Positions 53,382 through 61,170 of a DNA stretch of 64,000 nt are shown in pieces. Position 1 is the stretch's first letter. Every line of letters starts with the position of its first letter. The DNA lies in assembly GCA_039028615.1 (NCBI GenBank), contig JBCCHT010000055.1:1-64000 (forward strand), read 5' to 3'. The DNA is from Myxococcota bacterium. GTDB lineage: Bacteria > Myxococcota_A > Polyangia > Nannocystales > Nannocystaceae. A program made the position numbers and the translations under genes. The notes under the pieces are model-generated. The model was not told where the DNA came from. It saw only the letters and a list, made by a program, of their open reading frames with translations, and made no database searches.

Positions 53382-55613
53382 CTAGCGGCAGCGGCCTTCG
53401 CCGATCTCGTAGGGCTGCGCGGCGAAGGGGCGAACCTGCTTGAGCATGAGCCTGCCCTCGGCCGTGATCTTGAACTCGAGGTCGAGCATGACCTTGGTGT
53501 CCTCGGGCGGCTCGGCATCGACGGGATAGACGTCGGCGATGTTCTGCAGCAGCGTGCCCAGCTCCAGCAGCTGGGCGTCGTCGAGCACGACCCCGCCTTC
53601 GGGCACCAGCGACGACTGCACGACCCGGTCGACCGAGACGGTGCCGTCCCCGACCCGTATGCGATTGAGCTCCGCCACCAAGCCCGGCGTGGAGCTGACC
53701 ACGGGCACCTCGCCGCGCTGGACGTTGATGGTGTAGCGCGGGTCCTCGAGCTCGGTGGGGTTGCCGGTCAGGGCCACGCCGTTGGCAAGTTCATCGACGA
53801 AGCGTGGATTGGCCAGCATGCCCATACCCACCTGGCGGTGGTCGAGCTGGTAGTACTCGCGCTCCTCGTAGGCCCCGAAGCTCCAGAGGCTGGCCCATAC
53901 CCGGGTGAGCGCCTCGGACATCGGCTTCGACCGGCGCCCCGCCTCGCAGGCCGACTCGGCGTCGGTGGGCGCATCGAGGGCACAGCCGGAGACCGACTGA
54001 TAAAGGCCCGCCCCGTTGAAGCTCAGGCTGTCCTCGGCGTTCGAGGAGGAACGAAAGCGAACCATGGTGGTCGCATCGCCGAACTCGGCTTCGATCTGGG
54101 TTCGCAAGCTCTCGAGCAACGCGGGGTCGACCACGCCGTGGGTCTCGATCTCCTCGCGCAATGCGGTCAGCCACTGCTCGCGGCGCTCGGCGTCGGAGCG
54201 GAAGATGGCGTCGTCGAGCCAGCGCTCGAGCGTCGCGGCGTAGGTCAACCGCTCGACCCCGCCCTCGACCGGAACCTCCCACTCGTTGGCCTCCATGAAG
54301 GCAAAGTACGCGCCCATCGGCACGCCAAAGCCACGCACGACGTGCTCGGTGTCACCGACCGAGCGCAGCACGGCCAAGCCGGTCGCCTTGGCGCCGTAGC
54401 GGGAGACGGCCGCGGTACGCTCGGCCGCGGTGGCCACGGGGATGGCATCGAGCGAAGTGGGCTCGGTGCCGTCGCGATCGGGGGGAGCATTGAGCTCAGC
54501 GCGCGGGCGTTGCTGCGCCCAGTGAGCCTCGGCCTCCTCGACCGTCGCCTCGCGCACGGAGTACTCGGTGGGCAAGACCTCGAGGCGAACGAGCTGCCCC
54601 TCGAAGGGCTCGAACACGTCGAGGGCATTGGCGACGTGCACGTTGGGCGTGCCCCGCAGGGCCGACAGCACGTTGAGGTGAGTGAGGATGTCCTGGCGCG
54701 CCCCGGTGACCGCCGCCGCCATCACTCCTTCGAGAGTCACGGGCGGCTCGTCGACGACCACGATGTCCTGCCAGCCGAAGGGGCCGATGCGTCCGTCGAC
54801 CAGGTCGTCGTCGGTGAAGCGGCGCACCCGACCAAAGGCCAGCCCGGGCGTATAGGCTTCGTACTGCGGGCCGGGAGCCTCGGCGACGATGGTCACCGGG
54901 AAGGGCGGGTCGTCCCAGGTCTCGGCCTGCTCGACGTGCAGCGGCGAGTCGGGGTGGTAGCTGAGTTCGCCCGCCCCGAAGCGGTCTTGGAGCTGACGAT
55001 AGACGCCGTAGATCTGCTCCTGGCTCAGCCACTCGTCCTCGTCGCCGAGGATCTCGACGGTGAAGATGAAGCGCTCGCCTTGCGGCCCGGGCACGCTCAG
55101 CTCGGAGATGGTGCCGCCGTAGTACTCGCGGGTCTCACGGGCCAGGATGAGCGCCTGGTAGTCCTCGTAGGTGACGCCGGGGAACAACGGCTCGAACGCC
55201 TCGGCGAGCACGCAGAAGTGCGTGCGGTACCAGTTGGTGTCGGCGATGAGGATGGGCAAGCGCGGGTCGGGCACCGCGGGCACGAAGTACTTGGCCCCGC
55301 GGCTGAACGAGGCGTGGTTGCCGTGGCCGATGGAGAGCCGTCGCCACGTGTCTTCGTCGGGGAGGTCGTGGGTGCAGGCGGAATGTCCCACTCGCTGCTC
55401 CGCCTGCGCACATACGTCGGGATGCGGCTCGCACCCCGCGACCGGGTCGCCCCAGGTGCCGGGATCGCAATAACAACGATCGATCACCGGATCGCAGGTC
55501 GCATGCTCCCCGCAGGTCTGCGCGCATTCGTCCGCGGCAGCGTCGTCGCCTGTCTCCGTGCGACAGCCCGCGGCCCATACCAGCGCCGCACCGGCCAACC
55601 ACGGCACGACCAT
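53382..55613 (-). CDS. Lipoprotein with EGF-like module and PEP/pyruvate-binding (PPDK_N) domain
   Basis: WAAGC lipobox; C..TCG..A.C...C.C.PG..GDP..GC; YGAKA..LA.L, RFRSSSNAEDS..FNGAGLY.S, VWASLW, DLEFK, KQVRP. Confidence 0.87.
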   Translation of the reverse strand: MVVPWLAGAALVWAAGCRTETGDDAAADECAQTCGEHATCDPVIDRCYCDPGTWGDPVAGCEPHPDVCAQAEQRVGHSACTHDLPDEDTWRRLSIGHGNHASFSRGAKYFVPAVPDPRLPILIADTNWYRTHFCVLAEAFEPLFPGVTYEDYQALILARETREYYGGTISELSVPGPQGERFIFTVEILGDEDEWLSQEQIYGVYRQLQDRFGAGELSYHPDSPLHVEQAETWDDPPFPVTIVAEAPGPQYEAYTPGLAFGRVRRFTDDDLVDGRIGPFGWQDIVVVDEPPVTLEGVMAAAVTGARQDILTHLNVLSALRGTPNVHVANALDVFEPFEGQLVRLEVLPTEYSVREATVEEAEAHWAQQRPRAELNAPPDRDGTEPTSLDAIPVATAAERTAAVSRYGAKATGLAVLRSVGDTEHVVRGFGVPMGAYFAFMEANEWEVPVEGGVERLTYAATLERWLDDAIFRSDAERREQWLTALREEIETHGVVDPALLESLRTQIEAEFGDATTMVRFRSSSNAEDSLSFNGAGLYQSVSGCALDAPTDAESACEAGRRSKPMSEALTRVWASLWSFGAYEEREYYQLDHRQVGMGMLANPRFVDELANGVALTGNPTELEDPRYTINVQRGEVPVVSSTPGLVAELNRIRVGDGTVSVDRVVQSSLVPEGGVVLDDAQLLELGTLLQNIADVYPVDAEPPEDTKVMLDLEFKITAEGRLMLKQVRPFAAQPYEIGEGRCR

Positions 55614-55783
55614 GTTCCACCCATAAGCCAAGGACTTCAGTATAGCCGGTCCTCGGCGTTTGCCAGGTTCGACCCTCGCGACGTCGACCCCCTGACACCA
55701 AAGTCATACCGCGGCCTCTACGCGAAGCATGACGTCTCGGGCCGAGGTTTGGACACTCGTCGACCCGGTGTTAGGTTCAACGC

Positions 55784-56176
55784 ATGACCATGATTTCTAG
55801 ACTGACCTTGGCGTGCATCCTCGGCATGTGTGCCGTGCCCAGCTTGGCCCACGCCACGACCGGCGCCGGAACGGCAGGACCGGGCGGCGACACGGGGCCA
55901 GGCAACGGCGAGACCAGCGAGCCCAGTGACGAGAGCACGGGCGACACTGGGGGCGACAGCGGTACGGCGGGCGACGGCACGGCCGGCATTCCGGGCTCGA
56001 CGAGCTTCGGTGGCGAAGAATCGGGCAGCACTTCGGGTGCAACCACGGCCGGCGACGACGGTGGCAGCGACGACGGAAGCGACGACGGTGGCTGCTCCAT
56101 TGGTTCCCGCGACGCGGCGCCCGGCGTGATGGCGCTCGGCCTGCTCGGCTTGTTCGCGATGCGTCGCCGTCGCTGA
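55784..56176 (+). CDS. MYXO-CTERM surface-sorting protein (low-complexity)
   Basis: Signal peptide AHA, G/T/S/D-rich body, C-terminal GGCS...LGLLGLFAMRRRR. Confidence 0.85.
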   Translation: MTMISRLTLACILGMCAVPSLAHATTGAGTAGPGGDTGPGNGETSEPSDESTGDTGGDSGTAGDGTAGIPGSTSFGGEESGSTSGATTAGDDGGSDDGSDDGGCSIGSRDAAPGVMALGLLGLFAMRRRR

Positions 56177-56268
56177 TTCGATGCCCTCCCCCAACGAAAG
56201 GCCCCGCCCTCGACCAATGGTCGAGACGCGGGGCCAAAACTTTTGGTCGGGAGCGAACGAGCGTGGGC

Positions 56269-56580
56269 TCAGGCGGCAGCCGGCAGCGCGCGCTTGTTGA
56301 GACCCGACTGCACCACGGCCATCCCGATGGGACCGAGGAACGCGATGAGGATGAAGGCCAAGGCCCCGCCGGTCTCGCCTCCGGTCGCCGTCTCGACACC
56401 CGAGGACCACTTCCACAGCCACAGCAGGTTGAGGATCGGAATGATCAGCATCCACGCGGTGGGGATCTGGGCGCCCACGGAGTTCATCTCGGTCTTGGTC
56501 GAGACCAGCCAGATGAGGGGATAGATCCCCAAGGTGAACATTCCCAGGAGTAGAACGACGACGGGCGAGCGGGCGGTCAT
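56269..56580 (-). CDS. DUF4234-like small membrane protein
   Basis: RSP..V.LL..FTLGIY..IW, TM helices, Q..LN at the C-terminus. Confidence 0.75.
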   Translation of the reverse strand: MTARSPVVVLLLGMFTLGIYPLIWLVSTKTEMNSVGAQIPTAWMLIIPILNLLWLWKWSSGVETATGGETGGALAFILIAFLGPIGMAVVQSGLNKRALPAAA

Positions 56581-56714
56581 GGTGGTTTTCCTTGCATCCC
56601 GATAGACGGAAGACCGAGCCGGCCGTCGCACGTTCGTGGCAAAGAAAACGCATCAATTGACCATGGCCGCTCCGCGGGCCGCTGCCTAGCTTGTTCGCGG
56701 AGGTCGTGCGACCG

Positions 56715-57725
56715 ATGGTGGAAGTCTCGGCGTGGGCTGCAATGGCGGCCGGAGCATCGCTTCAGCGGCACCGAGTGACCCTCCCTTCGTTGGGGGATTC
56801 ACAGGTCGAGGTCGAGGTCACCCACTGTGGGATCTGCCGCAGCGACGTGCACCTGGTCGACGATGACTGGGGCTCGAGCCAATACCCGGTCATCCCCGGA
56901 CACGAGATCGTCGGGGTCGTGCGGGACCATGGCGAGCGGGTCATGGGCCTTGCCCCCGGCACTCGGGTCGGCGTGGGCTGGCAATCGGACTCCTGTCAGG
57001 TTTGCCCCTCGTGCATCGAAGGGCACGACAACCTGTGCCGACGACAGCAGCGAACCTGCGTCGGTCGTAGCGGAGGGTTCGCCCGACGGGTCCGTGTGGA
57101 CGGCCGCTTCGTCTACCCGCTCCCCGAGGCGCTCCCGAGTGAAGAAGCCGCGCCATTGCTCTGCGCGGGCGCGACCGTGTTCGCGCCCCTGCGGCGCTTC
57201 GGCATCAGCCCGGGCGCACGCGTCGGTGTGATCGGACTGGGGGGCTTGGGTCACCTCGCGGTGCAGTTCGCCCGGCAGTTCGGAGCCGAGGTCACCGTGT
57301 TCACCAGCGACCCGGACAAGGGAGCGCTGGCCAAGGAGCTGGGGGCCAGCCGCGTGGTCGCATCGGCCGATCGAGACGCACTCAAAGGCGAACGCAACCG
57401 CCACGACCTGATCGTCTCCACGGTGCACGTCGAGCTGCCGTGGTCGAGGTACGTGGGCGCGCTGGCGCCTCGAGGCACGCTGTGCCTGCTGGGCATGCCG
57501 CCCAAGCCGATCTCCGTTCACGCCGGGCTCCTGGTCGAAGGGCAGCGCAACCTGACGGGCAGCGTGGTGGCGTCGCGCTCGATGATCCGCCAGATGCTCG
57601 CGGTCGCAGCGGAGCGCCGCGTTCGACCGATGGTGGAGACCATGGCCATGGAAGACGCGGAGCGGGGGCTCCAACGCGTTCGTGATGGCCAGGCTCGCTT
57701 CCGGGTGGTGCTGGCGGCCTCATGA
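56715..57725 (+). CDS. Zn-dependent NAD(P)H alcohol dehydrogenase/aldehyde reductase (CAD/Ahr-like)
   Basis: CGICRSD, PGHEIVG, CxxCxxC...C, PLLCAG, GLGGLG. Confidence 0.93.
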   Translation: MVEVSAWAAMAAGASLQRHRVTLPSLGDSQVEVEVTHCGICRSDVHLVDDDWGSSQYPVIPGHEIVGVVRDHGERVMGLAPGTRVGVGWQSDSCQVCPSCIEGHDNLCRRQQRTCVGRSGGFARRVRVDGRFVYPLPEALPSEEAAPLLCAGATVFAPLRRFGISPGARVGVIGLGGLGHLAVQFARQFGAEVTVFTSDPDKGALAKELGASRVVASADRDALKGERNRHDLIVSTVHVELPWSRYVGALAPRGTLCLLGMPPKPISVHAGLLVEGQRNLTGSVVASRSMIRQMLAVAAERRVRPMVETMAMEDAERGLQRVRDGQARFRVVLAAS

Positions 57726-58699
57726 TGTTGGGCACCCACATCCTGGGCTCGGGCAGCGTGCTTCCGGGGCGACTGGTGCCCACGTCAGAGGTCTGCGCTA
57801 AGGCCTATCCCCACCGCACGCCGCAGCAGCTCGAGGAGCGCACGGGGATCGCCAGCCGCTGGTGGGCGCATCCGGGCACGACGCGGGCCGAGGTCTCCGC
57901 CCAGGCGCTGGACAAGGCCCTGGCCCAGGCGAAGCTGCCCGCGGGGAAGCTCGAGCGCATCATCTACGTGGACTCGACGGGCGGCGACCGTCGACTGCCC
58001 GCCACGAGCAACGCGGTGGCCGAGGCCCTGGGCCTCGAGGGTAGCTGCGACTGCATCGACCTCAACAACGCCTGCGTCGGCTTCCTCTCCGCGATGGACT
58101 GGGCGGCCCGCTGCACCGCGACCGGCCTCGGCCCCGTGGCGGTCGTGACCACCGAGCTGTGGTCGCACGTCATCGATCCCTCCGAGCGTCGCACCTATGC
58201 CGTGTTCGGAGACGCCTCGGTCGCCACCATCTTCGGGCCCGCCCGCGGCAACTCGGGAGTCGTCGCCAGCTGGCTGCGCAACGACGGTCGCCTGCAGGGC
58301 AGCGTCAGCTGCCGCCACGCGGGGAGCACCTGCGTCCCGGAGTTCGTCCGCTTCCAGGTCAGCGGCTCGCAGATCGGCGAAGAAGCCACCGACGCCATCG
58401 TTCGCAGCATGCACGAGGTGCTCGACCGCGCCGCGATCACCTTCGACGAGGTGCGCTGGGTCCTGCCGCATCAACCCAACGGCCGCATGCTCACCACCAT
58501 CCTCGAGCGCATCGGCCTCGACCCCTCTCGCACGCTCCCCTTGGTCCGCGAGGTGGGCAGCGTGGGCGCAGCCTCGGTGCCGCTGGCCCTCGATCGCCTC
58601 ATCGAGCGCGGCGACCTGAACGCGGGCGACCTCGTGCTGCTCTCCGCGGTGGGAGCCGGGATCGGCTTCGGCTCCATCCTCTACCGGGCGGGCGAGTGA
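57722..58699 (+). CDS. KAS III / FabH-like thiolase-fold enzyme
   Basis: ERTGI..R, DLNNACVGF, FGDA, HQPN, GSVGAAS, GAG. Confidence 0.88.
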   Translation: MMLGTHILGSGSVLPGRLVPTSEVCAKAYPHRTPQQLEERTGIASRWWAHPGTTRAEVSAQALDKALAQAKLPAGKLERIIYVDSTGGDRRLPATSNAVAEALGLEGSCDCIDLNNACVGFLSAMDWAARCTATGLGPVAVVTTELWSHVIDPSERRTYAVFGDASVATIFGPARGNSGVVASWLRNDGRLQGSVSCRHAGSTCVPEFVRFQVSGSQIGEEATDAIVRSMHEVLDRAAITFDEVRWVLPHQPNGRMLTTILERIGLDPSRTLPLVREVGSVGAASVPLALDRLIERGDLNAGDLVLLSAVGAGIGFGSILYRAGE

Positions 58700-59487
58700 T
58701 GCCGACGTCCTCGCTGGCCATGGCGCACTGGCTCGCGACCATGAAGCGGTGGCGTCGGTACTTTCGCTATCGAGTCGAGGGCTTCGAGCACCTGGCCAGC
58801 CACGACTGCCACGTGGTGGTCGGCTACCACGGCCGTCCCCTCGCCTACGACCTGTTCATGCTCGGCGCGCACGTGCACGACGAACTCGGCTACCTGCCGG
58901 TCGCGCTCGTGCACCGCGGGTTCCTGCGCAATGCGTACCTGCGCTGGCTGACCGAGGGGCTCGAGTGGGCGACCGGCCGCGGGCCACAGCTCGAAGACGC
59001 CGTCGCCCGCGGCCGCCACATCATCATCGCGCCGGGGGGCGACCGCGAGGGGCTGAGGCCAGGATGGGTGCGCTACCGCGTCGACTGGGGCGACCACCTC
59101 GGCTACCTGCGCTTCGCCATCTCGCGGCGCCTGCCCATCGTGCCGGTCGCCGCCAGCGGGGTCGACGATGCCTACTTCGGGCTCGTCGACGGCCATCGCC
59201 TGGCCGGCAAGTCGTGGCTGCGGCAAGCCCTGCCGCCGTGGATCGGGGTGGGCCCGCTCGGCCCCTGGCCCTTGTCGCCGCCCTTCCCCGCCAAAGTCCA
59301 CCAAGTCATCGGTTCCCCCATCACTCCCACGGAGTACGGCGAGCTGTCACGGGACGACCGCGACGGTCTGCTCGCCCTGCACCGTGACGTGCAGTCCCGA
59401 GTCCAGCGTCTACTCGACCGGGCTCGGTCCGCGACCTCTTCTTCCAGCAAGCGAGCATCCCATGCCAAGCACTCCTTCCATCGATGA
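58699..59487 (+). CDS. Lysophospholipid/DGAT-type acyltransferase
   Basis: YH....YD (HX5D-like), APGGDREG, LPIVPVA; TGATG overlap. Confidence 0.82.
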   Translation: MPTSSLAMAHWLATMKRWRRYFRYRVEGFEHLASHDCHVVVGYHGRPLAYDLFMLGAHVHDELGYLPVALVHRGFLRNAYLRWLTEGLEWATGRGPQLEDAVARGRHIIIAPGGDREGLRPGWVRYRVDWGDHLGYLRFAISRRLPIVPVAASGVDDAYFGLVDGHRLAGKSWLRQALPPWIGVGPLGPWPLSPPFPAKVHQVIGSPITPTEYGELSRDDRDGLLALHRDVQSRVQRLLDRARSATSSSSKRASHAKHSFHR

Positions 59488-60325
59488 ACGGTGGGTCCTC
59501 ATTCTCGGCGGGACCTTCGGCGCGGGCGCAGCCATTGCCGGCGCCTTGGCCCGAGATCCGGGCCTGAACGTCCTGGCCTTCCACCGCGGCAACCATCCCG
59601 AGGGCGCGGACGAAGTACGGCAAGCGGTGGAGGCCGCCGGGCGCCGCGTGATCTTCATCGAAGCCGACGCCGGGCGACCGCCCGTGATCGAAGAGCTCTC
59701 CGACCGGGTGCTGGAGGCGATCGGCACGGGGAAGATTCACATGTTCGTGCACTCGATCGCCGACGCCTCGGTGGGGCAGCTGTGCACGGGCGAGCGCTGG
59801 CTGCACCCCAAGCAGTTCCTCAAGACCTTCGACAGCATGGCGCACTCGTTCGTCTACTGGACGCAGCAGATGCTCCGCAAAGACCTGCTGACCCCGGGAG
59901 CACGCCTGCTCGCCCTGGACAACGCGATCAACGAGTCGCTGCTGGTCAACCTGCCCGTCATCGCGGCCGCCAAGGCCTCACTCGAGGTCTACGTCCGGCA
60001 CCTCGCGCTCGAGCTGGGGCCGCAGGGCTACCGCGTCAACGCGCTCAAGTTCGGTACCGTGGAGACGGCCGCCCTCAAGTGGATCTTCCCCGCCGAGGTC
60101 TGGGAAGAGGTCAAGGCGGTGCACCATCGGATGCACCCGGCGGGGCGGATGATCACGTTGCCGGAGGTCGCTCGCTTCGTCTCGGTGCTCGCCTCGGAGC
60201 CCGGCGCCTGGTTCAACAGCGCCATCATCGATTTCACGGGCGGCCAGATGCACGGCGTGTATCAGCACCTGATGGACTACGTCATCGACCGCACGCAGAC
60301 GCCGCTGCCATGCGACGCGGAGTAG
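59462..60325 (+). CDS. SDR, enoyl-ACP reductase (FabI/FabL)-like
   Basis: ILGGTFGAG, VHSIA, AKASLE, ALELGP.G.RVNA, DFTGG. Confidence 0.82.
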   Translation: MPSTPSIDERWVLILGGTFGAGAAIAGALARDPGLNVLAFHRGNHPEGADEVRQAVEAAGRRVIFIEADAGRPPVIEELSDRVLEAIGTGKIHMFVHSIADASVGQLCTGERWLHPKQFLKTFDSMAHSFVYWTQQMLRKDLLTPGARLLALDNAINESLLVNLPVIAAAKASLEVYVRHLALELGPQGYRVNALKFGTVETAALKWIFPAEVWEEVKAVHHRMHPAGRMITLPEVARFVSVLASEPGAWFNSAIIDFTGGQMHGVYQHLMDYVIDRTQTPLPCDAE

Positions 60326-61170
60326 CCCTGGTCACGGGCGCGTCTCGGGGCCTCGGCCTCGCGACCGCCGTGGCCTTGGTGCGCCGTGGTTTTCGAGTCT
60401 TGGCCACCATGCGGAACCCCGCCCGGGCCGAAGCGCTGCGCGAGGCGGTAGCGCGCCATCACTTCGACCCCGACGATCGGAGGTCGTTGCAGGTCCTCCG
60501 CCTCGATGTCGACGACGCCGAAGCCACGGCCGAGTTCAGCGAGCGAATGCTCGTCGAGCACGGGGCGGTGGACGTGCTGGTGAACAACGCGGGCATCATG
60601 GCCGAAGGCTTCGCCGAGGAGTTCGACGAGGCGGAGCTGCGTCGACTCTTCGAGACCAACTTCTTCGCCGCCACTCGCCTCACCCGCGCCTTCGTCCCGG
60701 CCATGCGTGAGCGGCGACGCGGCTGGGTCATCAACGTGTCGAGCATCGGGGGGCGCTTCGCCGTGCCGAGCCATGCGGGCTACCACGCCTCGAAGTTCGC
60801 CCTCGAGGGCTGGTCCGAGGCCCTCCGCTACGAGCTGCGCCCGTTCAACGTGTTCGTGACGCTGGTCGAGCCCGGGGTCTTCGATACCGAGATCTTCGGC
60901 ACCTCGCTGCGTCGGGTGGGAGACGGCGCGAACGGTCGCGGCCCCTATGCTCGACTCGCGCAGCAGCTCCGTACCGCTTCCGATCGTGTGCGACGACGCT
61001 GGGCGGGCGTACCGAGCGAGGTGGGCGAACGCATCGCGAGCATCGCGGTCACGCCCAAGCCGCGACTGCGGTATCCCGTGGGGCTCGACGCGTGGGCGAG
61101 TCATGCCGCGGGCTCGGGAATGGTCACTCGGCTGTGGGAGCGCACGGTCTCGCAATGGTCGAAGGGATGA
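60310..61170 (+). CDS. Classical SDR oxidoreductase
   Basis: TGASRGLG, NNAG, SS, YHASK, EPG. Confidence 0.92.
   Translation: MRRGVALVTGASRGLGLATAVALVRRGFRVLATMRNPARAEALREAVARHHFDPDDRRSLQVLRLDVDDAEATAEFSERMLVEHGAVDVLVNNAGIMAEGFAEEFDEAELRRLFETNFFAATRLTRAFVPAMRERRRGWVINVSSIGGRFAVPSHAGYHASKFALEGWSEALRYELRPFNVFVTLVEPGVFDTEIFGTSLRRVGDGANGRGPYARLAQQLRTASDRVRRRWAGVPSEVGERIASIAVTPKPRLRYPVGLDAWASHAAGSGMVTRLWERTVSQWSKG

Noticed and set aside
52647..55787. 1046-aa ORF on the + strand
   Set aside because: Off-frame to the FG-GAP gene and antisense to the PPDK_N gene; no motifs
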